A DNA stretch of 64,000 bases. Source: Scyliorhinus canicula. Taxonomy: Eukaryota. The notes under the pieces were generated by a model. The model was given only the letters and a program-made list of their open reading frames with translations. It did no database searches and was not told the DNA's origin. Below, piece after piece: positions 49,054 through 61,978 of the stretch. Numbering within the stretch: the first letter of the stretch is position 1; each line of letters begins with the position of its first letter. The stretch is from assembly GCF_902713615.1 (NCBI RefSeq), contig NW_024055482.1, forward strand, positions 248,001 to 312,000, read 5' to 3'. The translations under genes were made by a program, and so were the position numbers.

Positions 49054-49417
49054 CTGTAGGCACCGTCACCATGGTCCCCTGTCCCCAGTAGTCCATCCCA
49101 CCCACTATGTCCACTGTACAATAATAGATGGCGGTATCTTCGGCCTTCAGGTTCGTCATGGCCAAAGATAAGATATTGTTCGAAGTGTCTGTGGAAGCAG
49201 TGAATTGATCTTGAATTCCTGCGGCGTAGCCATTGCTGGAAGAAGTGTCGTACCAAAGCAGCCACTCCAGCCCCTGTACGGGAACCTGTCGGATCCAATG
49301 CATGGTGTCGCTGCCAAGGCTGAACCCGCTGGTTTTACAGGTCAGTGTCAGGGAGCCTCCGGGACGCCCGGTCTCTGCCTCTGGCTGAGTGAGTCAACAC
49401 AACATCCGACTGGACAC
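49054..49417 (-). pseudogene. IGHV: Germline-joined IgH VDJ exon with a 4-bp FR1 frameshift
   Basis: Acceptor [15 protein letters not shown][ACTC duplication at 49387-49394][34 protein letters not shown]...[29 protein letters not shown], donor G|GTCAGC. No RSS between V and J. Exon is 364 nt (one base out of frame). Confidence 0.93.
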
Positions 49418-49543
49418 CTGTAAAAATATATCAAAAAGCCCGAGGATTAATGCTGGTGAAATGATTGGTGACTCTGGAACATTCCATAGAGACTAACACT
49501 GAGACAGTAACAGTGAGAGACTTGGACAATAAAAACTACTCAC

Positions 49544-49601
49544 GGGATAAGAAAGTCAGCAACAAACTGAGAGAAATGGCCCACCTCATCCTTCTGGTCA
49601 T
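49544..49601 (-). CDS. IGHV: IgH V leader exon
   Basis: MTRRMRWAISLSLLLTFLS with ATGs at 49601 and 49589; phase-1 donor C|GTGAGT. Confidence 0.9.
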
Positions 49602-49680
49602 TTGGGGGAAATGGTTGTGTCAGGAACTCAGTGAACAAACCAGCTCCCGGACTGTTGGATTCGGGTCCCAGTGAGCGGCA

Positions 49681-49753
49681 TTTAAATACCCTGCAGAACT
49701 GGGCGGCTTTCCAGGCGCCGCCTGTTGATTCCCTGGTGGAGGCGGCGCCTGGA
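49681..49753 (-). promoter_or_regulatory. VH promoter region: TATA-like element and perfect 14-bp inverted repeat
   Basis: TATTTAAA at 49681-49688. TCCAGGCGCCGCCT (49710-49723), 16-nt spacer, AGGCGGCGCCTGGA (49740-49753). No octamer seen. Confidence 0.55.
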
Positions 49754-50889
49754 TCCACGTCCCACCTTCCACACCCCCAACAGAATGGACTCAGAGATTT
49801 TTTACAGATTATTGTTAAAAGTTAGCATTTATCTGTATTGAGGCATTTATTTGTCTGAATGGATAATTTGGAATGTCTGCATTGGTTCTAATGGTGAAAT
49901 TACATTTGAGCATCTGTTAATATAATAGAATAATCTTTTTTGTCACAAGTAGGCTTACATTAACACTGCAATGAATTTATCTTTTACTGTGAAAAAAAGA
50001 ATTCCATTGTAAGTTAAGTCCCTTTTTTTCTACTATTCAACATAATTGGATGAACAGAAATAAATTCAACTATATTAACAGTGAATAAGTCGACTGTTCG
50101 TCTGATTTAAAACACGGCGAGTTTTTAATCCGTGACAGCAATAAAGTATAATTCATCAGTGGAATTTTTTTTTTCGATTTCTGTAACCAAATGCGGGAGA
50201 TGAACAAAGTGATTCTCTTGCGGTGTAGGTGGCTATCCGTGTACAATGTGGGTCTGTAGAAACGAAAAAATGTCACATTATGCAATATCACTCCTGGAAC
50301 TTCTCAAACTCCCCCTAAGCCTAGGACACTGTGAACATTCGCAGTAAAAGAAGCCGCTTGCCTGATAATGAAGCAGTAAATTGACAGAGAAACATAAAAT
50401 TCACATGAAGTTTTGACAGAGAAAGGACGGCAGTGGTTTGCCCAGCTGCCTCACGGCGCCGAGGATCCGGGATTGACTCCCGTCCCGGGTAACCGTCCGT
50501 CAGTAGTTTTCACATTCTCCTGTGTGTCTCACCCTCACAACCTTAAGATGTGCAGCGTAGGTGGGTTGGCCGCACTAAAGTGCCCCTTAAGTTGAAAATA
50601 AATTTCAACTCAAAATAAATTTAAAACCTTTTGACAGAGAAGTTAATGAATCAGAAAGGACACGGCGACCAGCAAAGTTATCCTTCAGCATCCAAATCAT
50701 TGCAGCTAATTTTACTGACCACCGGCTATCTAACATTCACTGGTGTTGGGAACACAGGATATCAGGACTTTGCGGCATATTACACAATATCACAGGAATA
50801 AATGTTTTATTCTCCACTGAAGCAGGAACCAGGTCATAAACTGGTAATTTCTCTGAGCGGGACTGTCAAATAAAGGAAATCAGCACAAA

Positions 50890-51195
50890 TTAGAACATAG
50901 ATTGCAGAAGGAGGCCATTCGGCCCATCGAGTCCGCACCGACCCATTTAAGCCATCACTTGCACCCAATCCCCGCAACCCAAAAATCCCTCCCGAAGCTT
51001 TTTGTTGACTAGGGGGAATTTAGCAGGCAAAACCACCTAACCCGCACGTCTTTGGACTGTGGGAAGAAACCGGAGGAAACCCATGCACACACGGGGAGAA
51101 CGTGCAGACTCTGCACAGTGACTCAACAGGGAATCGAACCTGGGACCCTGGAGCCGTGAAGCCAAAGTGCTATCCACTTGTACTACCGTGCTGCC
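50890..51195 (-). mobile_element. HE1-type SINE
   Basis: Reverse V-domain and tRNA head. Confidence 0.85.
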
Positions 51196-53599
51196 AAATT
51201 AAACTGTATAGAACGCGGTGTTCATCAGGTATAAGAGACGCGTCCGTTTAAATGACTCGGAGAATATTCCAGGAATTCCGGCGGGTTCATGATTTTCTTT
51301 TTATTTAATTAAGTTTCTTTGTAATTACAATTAAATGATTGGGCTTGTGGATTGGGTCCATCAACACCACTCACTCTCACTTCATTAGGTTCTTAACAAA
51401 CGGACTTTAATAACTAGAGTGACCTTTACTCAGAACTAATATAAATGGAATAGCATCTGATCAGTTTACTATTTTCCGATCATGTTTAATCTCAGAGTGA
51501 TCAGAACATTAACTGAAAATATGTACTTCGATACAACACAATTTAAAACGTTTACTTCACGTGCGATTGAAAATGTTTGAATTCCTTAATGCCATTTCGT
51601 CCATTCATATTCAGGTTAATCTGTCCCACACAGTATTTGGCAGCAATCCAGCCGCCTGCTGTCAGGGAGGCTCGAATGTTCAATGTTGTTTACAGGAAGC
51701 ATCTGGATTGTTTTTCAAAGATCTGTTTTCTCAGTACTGACCGTTTGGCTGCAAGCCAACTTGTCAATGAGGACTATTTATAAACAATCTACCCAGCAAC
51801 AGTACTGGAGATAATTTTAGGTTTTAGAGCCTATTTGAACTGCTCCCATCACAAAGGAAAGGAGAGGTGTCCAGTTTCTCTGACCCGTCTTAGCAACAAT
51901 AGCCGGTTGGAGGATCCCTCTAACGTCTCATAATATGAACATAGAACATACAGTGCAGAAGGAGGCGATTCGGCCCATCGAGTGTGTACCGACCCACTTA
52001 AGTCCATGCTAAAACATATTAACATGAAAACAGAAATATTGTGAAACTCAGAGGCCATCTGCAAATGTTGAATTACTTCCCAAACAGTGTAACTTATAGC
52101 CCATTAAAGATATTACATTTACATTAGGTATAGCTAACTTTAAAAATCAGCGCAAAATCCAGTTACAGATCTGATGTTTCTGTGTGACGATGATGCAATT
52201 ACTTGTCAATATCGCGCAGAGACTGCTGGGTGGCTGCTCATTATCCTTGCTCTGGTTTAATTCTATTCACATTGAATTATGGGACAGATGTGATTCCTTA
52301 CTGGCAGAATGGTCAATGCTATCTTAATAAAGTTCAATCTCAATAAATTATATTAAATTAATTGCAATTACATTTTGCATGAAATAAAATGCTGAAAATA
52401 ATTGGTGAATACAACAGTTTATGTTTGTCGACGATAATTGGTGAATATATTTTTAAATTTTTGTTCGTTGATGATAATTGAATATAATTATTTAACTTCG
52501 TGAATTGTTTCAATTGATAATATTCACGCCACAGAAGGGCCGGGCAATGCCCATCTCCCGCAAAATGGAATGTAACCATTGCCCCATGACATTTAGTGAT
52601 ATTGCCATCGCTGAATCCCTCACTATCCAAACGCTGTCGTTAACATTGACCAGAAAATGAACTGGTCTGGCCATCTAAATGCTCAGGCTACAAGAGCCGG
52701 TCGGGACTAGGAAACGTGCGGTGAATAACTCCCCTCTGCTTTCCTTGTTCACGAATTTCAAGCCAGGAGTGTATCTGAATAACCTCTACTTGACTGGCTG
52801 GGTGCAGCTTGAACAACTTCCGAGAAGCTTAACATCATCCAGGCCAAAGCAGTCCCGCTTGATCGTCACCCCACGTGCAAATATTCAATCCACCCATCAC
52901 CAACGAAAAATGGCTACACTGTATTATCCGCAAGATGCACTCCAGGAACGTAACAAGGCTCCTTTTGAAACACCTTCTACACACAGGACCATTATGTTGT
53001 CGAAGAAAAAGCCAGCTGACAGATGGGAATCGGCACCTGGAAAACCCCCGGACCCTCCAATCGCTCACTATCCTGACTTGGAGGCGTATCGTAATTTCTT
53101 TAATTTCACTGGTTCAAATGCATAGAAACCCCTCCCTAATAGTACTGTCAGCACCTCTAAACCAGAGGGTCTGGAGAGTTTCACACAGGCAGCACACCAC
53201 CACGTTCTCAGGGGCAATTGTGATACACAATAAATTACAACCTCGCCTGAGACGCCCACATCGTTTAACACAATTTAAATCTGTGTCAAACTGTATCAAT
53301 GGATGCGAGTTGGTGAATATAATTATTTATATTCGTGAATGGATGAGAATTGGTGTATGTGATCACAATATTTCTGAACATTTGTGGCCTGCTCCTTCTC
53401 TGCCAGAAAGTATGATCCATTCCACAGGAGACACATGATGCAAAGACATCACCACTATCTGTAAACACCTGCAGACATATCTCACTCATAGCATCACTGA
53501 TAGCATCACTGGGAAGGCCATTGCTAGGTTCACACTTTGAATACTTCATCTTCTTTCAGACCGAATGTAACCAAAAGCAAGATGTGGTGTTTCTGTCGG

Positions 53600-53900
53600 A
53601 AGAATTACCCTGGACATGATCTGCCTCCTCTGACACATGGATATCTCTCCACCTTACTTTCATAAATCTCACTAATACATTCGATGCTGTAAACAGAGCC
53701 GGGGCTACAAGATTTTGGGAAAAATTGGCTGCCCATCAAAGTTCACCAGTCTCATTCACGCCTTCCGTGACAACATGTGCTGCACTGTACAGATTGATGA
53801 TTCTACTTCTGACAGATTGTAAGTGAAGAATTGAGTGAACAGGACCGTGTTCGAGATTAAACTCTATTCGACATCTTCTTCTCCATGCTACTGATCTTAC
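53600..53900 (+). mobile_element. RTE-clade LINE RT fragment
   Basis: ILGKIGCPSKFTSLIHAFRDNM..TVQID resembles RTE/BovB RT. Confidence 0.6.
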
Positions 53901-53939
53901 CGTCCCTGGTGATATAGCTGGAATGCACAGGCCCGCTAC

Positions 53940-56240
53940 GTGAGACCACAAGCTGTACAATCTTTCAAGTTGAAGGATAAAGTCGCCGACTGGGAGAACC
54001 GATCGCGTCGGCAAAACCTGAGAATCGTGGGGTTGCCGCAGGGAATGGAGGGGAGAAACTGCACAAAATCTGCAGCCTCGATGCTCGGGAAACTGGTCGG
54101 CGAGGAGGACTTCGCCAAGACCCCGGGAGTAGACTGCACCCACATGTCGCTTTTTTCCATGGCTGGGAAACCACTGTGGGCGATAATCGTGAGGCTCCAC
54201 AGGTACCAGGACTAGGCGCGGATCCTGAGGTGGGTGAAGAGTGCGAGAGGGTGTAAGTGAGACGGACATTCCAGTCGCCTCCACCAGGACATTGCTGCTC
54301 ACTTGGGCAGAATTGAACGGTGTAAAGTCCACCCTGTTCGAAGGTGGGGTGCAGCTTGGTGTCCCCCATCCTGCAAGTTGTGGGTGACATTCCAGGGTAA
54401 AGAACATTACATTGACACCCCGGAGGAAGCCAGTCCAGGAAAGTGGACTGGACAACCAACGATAGAGGTCAATGGCCAGAACGCGGGTGGAAAGACATCG
54501 AGGGAGACAGGGCGAACACAGGCAGAGGCGGGGAGAGAGGGGGAGGGGAGAGAGGCAGACGGGGATTAAATAGAGGAACCCAACTCTTAGGAGAGCCGCT
54601 ACACTGGCGAGCAAGCTGGAGTACCGAGGTACAGGGAAGGAGGAGGCCTCGGGGCGCCGCCCGAGAGGGAGGGAGCTCTTGGCAGAGGGGGTATGAAAAA
54701 CAGAACTTCGGGGGAATCAACGAGCAAAAGGGGGGTGGTCGAGGAGGGGGTAAAGCCAAACGGGAGGGGGACTAGGAGCGGATAACAGAAGGGTAGGCCG
54801 CACAGTGGGTGAAGCAGAGCGGGTAGGGGGTTAGAGTGGGGAGGGGAGGTCGCTGGTTGCAGCTGACAACATGTGGAGATGGCGCAAATAAGGAAGTCGT
54901 GGGCGGTCATCTTGAATGGCCCGTGAGCAAGGGCAGGCCCGGACGAACAGGGCCAGGCCCACAGGGTGAGTATGGTTGACCCCACAGGATGTGTTGGCAG
55001 GCCCAGGCCATCCCCCAATCTGGATAGTAACCTGGAACGTGAGGGCCTCGAGGGGCCGGTGAAGAGGTACAGTGTCCTCGCCGATTTCTAGAGTCTGAGG
55101 ATGGACGTAGCCTTCCTGCAAGAGACACACTTAAGACTGTGGGTAAGGACGGGCTGGGTGGGACAGACGTTTCACTCATGTTTCGGTATTCGGACAAGGG
55201 TTGAGGGGGTGCATACTAATCAACAGGACAATTTCATTTATGCTGATGAGCACCGTGAGGGACACGATGGTAGAAGGGGGTTGGGGGTGAAAGGTTATGG
55301 GGAGCGTGACCATGGAAGGGACTCTGGTTGTCTTGGTAATCATATATGCCCAGAACTGGGACGATGCAGATTTCGTCAAGAAAGCAATGAGCGAATTCCC
55401 GAACCTAGACACCCAGTGACATATCGCACAGGCGGACTTTAACTGTGTACAGGACCCGACAATGCACAGATCCAACCCCAGGACAGGACCGTGCCAGGCA
55501 TGGCACCAGAATTGAACCCATTAATGGAGCAGATGGGTGAGAGGTGCGACCCCCAGGGTTGCAATCACCCGAGAGTAAAATAATCAATCTTCTCCCATGA
55601 GCACAAAGCCTACTCATGTGCGGACTTCTTTGTCGCAGGGGTAAAATGTGGGAATACTCCACGATTCTAATCTCCGACCACACGCCACGAGGCTCGAGAA
55701 GGGTCCTGATGCTAGAGATGGGCAGGGCCCAAAGCCCCCTATGGAGGCTGGACGCAGCTCCCTTGCCCGATAAGGAATTCTGTACAACGGTACCCAAGCC
55801 ATCGACGGTTATGTAACCTTTAACCAGAACGGGGAGGTCTCACCTTCCACGTTCTGGTAGGCGCTGAAGGCGGTGGTCACAGGCGAAATCATAGCTCATG
55901 GGGCCCTTCGGGTCAGGAAATACATGGCAGCCAAGCAGCGGCTGATTGGCCCCATGCTGGGTGTTGATCGGCAGCGGTTAACCGTGGAACTGCTGGTGGA
56001 CAGTAAAAAGCTGCAGATGGAATTTGATCTGCTCTCCAGAAGGAAGTCACTGCACCAGCTTCGCCATACACATAGAGACAAGGCCAGTCGCATGCTGGAG
56101 AACCAGCTCAGAAAACAAGGAGCCGCAAAAGAGAAAGCGCAAGTTAGGACCAGAAATTGCAGGTTGGCAGCAGACGTAATCGAGATTAAAGTGGTCTTTG
56201 GAAACTTTTACTGAGGGCTATACACCTCCGATCCCTCAGA
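53940..56240 (+). mobile_element. Decayed L1-clade LINE (ORF1 C-terminal part, ORF2 endonuclease; 3'-truncated)
   Basis: LKDKVADWENRSRRQNLRIVGLP (L1 ORF1); VTWNVRGL...DVAFLQETHL; IYAQNWDDA; SDHTP; WRLDAAPL. Confidence 0.88.
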
Positions 56241-56454
56241 AAGCGACTTGGGGATTCTCTTTCTTAAAAAATAATTTTTATTGGAATTTTTTGAAAAACA
56301 TATCTCAACAGAACAATAACAATAATAAACACCCCCGGCACCCGTAACAAAGCCACCCCCCCCCCCCCCACCTCCCGAACCCAACAAACAACAAAATAAA
56401 TTAACAAGAAGCAAATTAACTTAAACACTATCCTGCAACTTACTGCGTATGCGT

Positions 56455-56880
56455 CAATGGGAAAGAAAAACAGAAAACACAGGACAGTCTCAGCTGGTCT
56501 GACAGCCTCTATGGAGAGAGATGGCAAGTGTCATTTCGAGTCTGGGTGACTCTTTGTCGAAGCTGGACAACTGGATCTTTGGTCAGGTGTAGACTGGCGG
56601 TGTGGGGGGGAGCGTGAAGCGTTGGGCCTCGACAGACGGCCAGCGATGGGTGGAGAATAACAAAAATGTGTTGGGTCGAAAGAAAAAGGGAATATAAATG
56701 TTTCTAATCAGTGTTAAGAACTGTGCTGATAGAGGCGATTAGAAGATTAGAATGTGTTAATGGCAGATGACAATGAGGAACAAGGGGCGGATTTCCCAAG
56801 AGGGATGCGATTGGCTAGGGGAATGGGGAGGGGGAAGCAATGGGAGAGGAAGACATATCAATGGAAGCAATGAAAATAAG
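56455..56880 (+). repeat. Copy 1 of a ~430-500-bp direct repeat (copy 2 ~58905-59400)
   Basis: Long near-identical blocks, e.g. GGTGACTCTTTGTCGAAGCTGGACAACTGGATCTTTGGTCAGGTGTAGACTGGCGG. Confidence 0.9.
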
Positions 56881-57991
56881 TTGATGGAAATAAACATGTG
56901 GTGAAGTGGGAAGAGTGATTTCACGGTACGAAGTTGTTGAGCGTACTGTAAAATCCGCAAGGCTGTACCGTGCCTATTCAGACGATGGGGGTTGTTCCTC
57001 TGCGTTGTGCTGAGCTACATGGGAACATTGCCGCAGGCCATGATCGGACATGTGGACATGAGAGCAGGACAGTGAGTTCAAATAGCAAGCGACAGGAGAG
57101 TCTGCCACCAGCTTGTCGATGGAGCGAAGGTGTTTTCCAAAGCGGTCACCCAGTCGGCATTTAGTCTCTCCAATGCAGAGAAGATAGCATTGGGATCAGC
57201 AAATGCAACAGGCCAGATTGAAGGCTGTCTGAAAGTAATGTGTACTCAAAAGGACAGACACAAACGATACTGTAACTGACTTAGAGGAAATGCCAGAGAC
57301 TTAACTGAACCAGCATTGGGAAAGTAAAAACGGTTTTCCTGATGGAGAAACAGGAAAAGCCAGTGTGGGAATCCAGGCTCAAAGTTGATTTACAATTATC
57401 CCCCCTTTCTTCCACATGAACGGTATTTAGGCTGCAGCATTTTACACACCAAAACACAAAGAGGTCAAATATAAGAAACACATAGTTGTCAATTCTTAAA
57501 CTCAACTCAAGCATTGAATAAGGAAACAAATATTGTGTAAAGTCGGTTGTTTTTTTCTGTAGGATTTAAGAATGCTGCATTAATAATAGAAGAGAGCATT
57601 TCGCCGTTAGAGATTTGCTGAACAAATTGAAATGAGATGAAATCAAAATTACTTGTAGTCACGAGTAGGCTTCAATGAAGTTACTGTGAAAAGCCCCTTG
57701 TCGCCACATTCCGGCGCCTGTTCGGGGAGGCTGCTACGGGAATCGAACCGTGCTCCTAGTCTGCTTGGTCTGCTTTCAAAGCCAGCGATTTAGCCCTGTG
57801 CTAAACAGCCCGTTAAGTTCTTCATTTCAATATAGGTTCTTCTACTGGCTTGTAAGTTTAGACATCTGTTTTAAAGAAATAGACGTGTTCTTGTAAGAAG
57901 TGACATGGCCTCTCAGCCGAACCATGCGAAGCTGCAACAAGGCAGTTGAGTTGAAGGTGACACAGGTCCGTTGGCGCTTGCGTTGCCAGCT

Positions 57992-58057
57992 GTTTCTGTA
58001 GTGTAGTGGTTATTACATTCGCATTACACGCAAATGGTTCGAAACCGGGTAGAAACA
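57992..58057 (+). pseudogene. tRNA-Val pseudogene (TAC-like anticodon, ~7-nt deletion)
   Basis: GTTTCTGTAGTGTAGTGG...GGTTCGAAACCGGGTAGAAACA; variable loop and part of the T stem are deleted. Confidence 0.85.
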
Positions 58058-58151
58058 TCTGGTGTGTCCAGTTTAGTCTGTCGCTAAATATTACCTCAAT
58101 CTCGTAACTGGTCTTTATCATCGAGGAATAACAGAAGCCTATAACTGCTGT

Positions 58152-58224
58152 GGGCCAGTGGCGCAATGGATAACGCGTCTGACTACGAATTAGGAGATTC
58201 CAGGTTTGACTCCTGGCTGGCTCG
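58152..58224 (+). tRNA. tRNA-Arg(ACG), a few substitutions including the T loop
   Basis: 73 nt, GGGCCAGTGGCGCAATGGATAACGCGTCTGACT-ACG-AATTAG...GGTTTGACTCCTGGCTGGCTCG. B box TTC->TTT, so it may be a pseudogene. Confidence 0.8.
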
Positions 58225-58524
58225 CAGTTCGTAGTTTTGGCGTCCCCTTTAGTTCAGTGGGTCGGACAGCTGGTTCCCGATGCAGAGCAAATTGAGCAGG
58301 GCATCATCAATTCTCGTTTCAGCTGTGGTTAATTATGAAAGCCATGCCCTCTCAATTGAACTTCAAGCAAAACATAACTTATCTCCAGTTCAGCAAAGTT
58401 CAATATCTGATCCTTTGATAAGTTGAGACATCAGTTTTAAAGGAACGGCTTCTTCCAATAACTTGCATGGCCTCTCAGCGGAACCGTTAGAAGCTGCAAC
58501 CGTTAGAAGCTGCAGCCCCGAGCA

Positions 58525-58597
58525 GTTTCTGTAGTGCAGTAGTTATCACATTCGCCTAACACGCGAAGGGTCCCCTGTTCGAGACCGGGCAGAAACA
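58525..58597 (+). tRNA. tRNA-Val(AAC), degenerate
   Basis: 73 nt, TTCGC-CT-AAC-AC-GCGAA arm; D-loop and T-stem mismatches. Confidence 0.75.
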
Positions 58598-58904
58598 TCG
58601 CGTGCTTCTCATTTTGTATGACGAATGTTTGCACAAAATACCTTTCTTCCTCAATCTCGCACGTTCGAGGAACATGAGATTTGGTCTCTCATGAGATATT
58701 AAAATTCCTGCAACAATGTCAGAAATACGGAATTTTCAAGACGCCGGGGGAAGAAAAGCCTTCCCTATTTTGCCACGATTCGGATATTAGCAGTTTGTAC
58801 ATCCACCACAGAATCTATCGGGTTTACTGATGCAGATGAACATATTTAATCACCATTTCAAACATTTCTAAATGTACGATAAAAGCAACTTACTGCGGAT
58901 GGGT

Positions 58905-59400
58905 CAATGGGAAACAAAAACAGAAAACACAGGACTGTCTCATCAGGTCTGACAGCCGCCGTGGAGAGAGATGGCAAGTGTCGTTTCGAGTCTAGGTGAC
59001 TCTTTGTCGAAGCTGGACAACTGGATCTTTGGTCAGGTGTAGACTGGCGGAGTGTGTGGAGGACGTGTTGGGGGGGGGGGAGAGGACGTTTTGGGGGGGG
59101 GGGAGGACGTGTTGGGGGGGGGGGACGTGTTGGGGGGGGGGGGTGGGAGCGTGAAGCATTGGGCCTCGACAGACGGCCAGCGATGGATGGGGAATAACAA
59201 AAATGTGTTGTGTCGAAAGAAAAAGGGAATTTAAATGTTTCTAATTAGTGTTAAGAACTGTGCTGACAGAGACGATTAGAAGATTAGAATGTGTTAATGG
59301 CAGATGACAATGAGGAACAAGGGGCGGATTTCCCAAGAGGGATGCGATTGGCTAGGGGAATGGGGAGGGGGAGACAATGGGAGAGGAAGACATATCAATG
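58905..59400 (+). repeat. Copy 2 of the direct repeat, with a G-rich (GGGGGGGGAGGACGTGTT)-like expansion
   Basis: Aligns with 56455-56880; extra G-run units at ~59050-59145. Confidence 0.88.
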
Positions 59401-59764
59401 GAAGCAGTTTGTTCATCCACCACAGAATCTTTTGGGTTTACAGATGCAGATGAACATTTTAATCACCATTTCAAACATGTCTAAATGAACAACTGCTCCC
59501 TATCCACCCTGCCATGCCCCTCATAATCTTGTACACCCAAAACTATGCAACGTCTCTTTATAACATAAATGGGCGAAGTATGTCCCTGATCTGCGTGGGA
59601 ATCGAACAGAAGACATGTCGTGTCAACAGAAATTTCAGGTATTTTCGATCGAAAAATTGATTTCTATTAAAGTCTAAACCTGGCACGATGTGCTTCCCAT
59701 GTCCCAACTGATAGTAATTCTCATGTTGCTCGGCGGTTATTATACATTAAGCGTACATTGTCGT

Positions 59765-60075
59765 AATAATAATCTTCACTAGTGTCATAAGTAGGCTTAC
59801 ATTAACACTGCAATGAAGTTACTGTGAAAATTCCCGAGTCACCACATTTCGACCCCTGTTCAGGTACACAGAGGGAGAATTCAGAATGTCCAATTCACCT
59901 AACAGCACGTCTTTTCGGGACTTGTGGGAGGAAACCGGAGGACCCGGACGAAACCCACGCAGACACGGGGAGGACGTGCAGACTCCGCACAGATAGAGAA
60001 CCATGCCGGGAATCGAACGCGGGTCCTAGGAGCATGAGGCAGCAGTGCAACCCACTGAACCACAGTGCCGCCTAT
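59765..60075 (-). mobile_element. V-SINE
   Basis: Reverse V-domain and tRNA head. Confidence 0.85.
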
Positions 60076-61906
60076 TAAGTACCTTGTACATTTTGTACCG
60101 CAGCACGTATTGATGCATTCTGCATTTCGCTAAAAGAACAGGTAACGAGGAGTCTTTGTCCTTGGACTTTCTGCGAGAGCAGGCCATGATTTTCGTCCAT
60201 CTCCTCAGTTGAGTGCTACCCTCTGCTGGTAGGTAGATATTCTGATTTTAAAGTTACAATAAAATTTGCGGTATGATAGACCACAATAAGACCATAAGAC
60301 CATTAGACATAGGAGCAGAATTAGGCCACTTGGCCCATCGAGTCCGCTCTGCCATTCAATCATGGCTGATATTTTCAACCATAGCTCTCAAGATTTCCCA
60401 AACTATTCCTCTCTTGATCTACACAAGGACAGAGACATGTCCGGTAAATAGACCTGATTGCTTGCCTGAGCCTGGGATCAATTCCTTCTCGGAAAGGAAC
60501 CTCAGTGATGCTGTAAACACTCACTCAGGGTTGTGTACGGGGCTTTAGGTTTTCTCGAACGAGTGTGCAGTAATAGACCACCCCGTCCTCCACATCGAAT
60601 GCGCTTATACTGAGGTAACCGATCTGTTTAGATTTGTCAGCAAACGCCAGATATCGTCCTGAACCCACATCTTTCTTCATTGCTGAGGTGTTGGTGATAA
60701 TCCATCTCGGTGGCTGTGTCGGTTTCTCCTAATATCATTGCATTTTGTACATGTTGGGGCCTTTATATTGGCAATTTAACTTCACCGAAGCCCCTTTTGA
60801 GACTGTTATTGTCACTGGTGACTGAGCTACTGGATTGCACATTGCCGGCCTGCGAAAGTGAAGGACTGAAATGAACAGATTGTTGTTCCTTTATAAAGTT
60901 AGAGTTTGCTCAACTAAGAGGTGCTTTTTAGCGTGTCCACTCCACTTAGCCCGTACATCTAGGTTGTGGGAGTGAGAATGTTCACGGACAGTGATCTGGG
61001 ACCGGACCCGTGTCCTCAGTGCAATGAGGCAGCAGTGCCAACCATTGCGCCAACGTGCCGCCCTGAGTTTAAACAGAGTTGATATAAATCTACTTGTATC
61101 TGCGGCATTTTCTGGGACCTCTGATGCAGGCACTTCATAGACATTCCCGATCGTTAATTATACTCTAGCCTATGTGTATTAATATGCTAATCTGGTTTAA
61201 TTAACACTATAACTACTTACTGTGCCAAAGCGCCGCCAGTATTATCACAACCATGTCTGACTGAATCTCTCCCAGTGAACTGAACTGGACTGAGTTAGGG
61301 ATTGTGTAGGAGAGAGGGAATTTCGTGCAGTGCAGGGAGAGGGTCTATTGTGACATCACTCGCCTCCCATCCTATCGGCTTGGCCGACACCATCAGGTGA
61401 GTTTGTGACGCCCGTGCTTGAATTTGGCGCCCTCTGCTGCCGGATTCGGTTTACTCCGTGTTAGAATTCGGCTGTTGAGTGGATTCAGTGTTGACTGCAA
61501 TGCATATCAGGACGGGAAACCTAGACAGAAATCTAAATTTCAGCTGTTTATACACTATCTTTGTCACTATAGGTGTTTCTAATCAAAAAATGATGCTTAA
61601 TCTGTGCAAATCATCCCTGGAGTTCTCGGTTCACATCATGGATGCGACGAAATCGAAAGAATGCCAAGACTTTGGAGGACATGCGGACGTTTGAACTCAG
61701 AATGATAGCAGGGCTCAACAGACTAGTTTTCTTTATTTTGGTTCTGAACATCGCTTTTTTCAGAGGCCAGATTGTCTGGAATAATTTTCATTAGGTTAAA
61801 ATTCATGAAGTTTAAATGTCCTCTGAAGAAGATAGGTGGATGATATTTCATGCAATAAGTGTTTGTGAGATAATGAAACGTTACAGAGGACTTTAATGGA
61901 CCACCG

Positions 61907-61978
61907 AGGCACGGGCGGGATCTGAACACGCGATTTTTGGTTTACAAGACCAACGCCTTTTCTCTTGGCCACCTCACC
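61907..61978 (-). pseudogene. tRNA-Thr pseudogene (TGT anticodon on a Thr-CGT-like body)
   Basis: Reverse complement GGTGAGGTGGCCAAG...GGTCT-TGT-AAACC...GTGTTCAGATCCCGCCCGTGCCT with several stem mismatches. Confidence 0.7.

Noticed and set aside
49085-49120. Cryptic RSS (TACAGTG, CATAGTG) inside the joined CDR3 allowing V replacement or TCR-delta use
   Set aside because: Neither keeps the invariant CAC, and no nonamer follows at 12 or 23 nt; better explained as D-derived sequence.
58370-58450. U2 snRNA-like fragment (AGTTCAATATCTGAT)
   Set aside because: Only a ~15-nt resemblance; the rest of U2 is absent.
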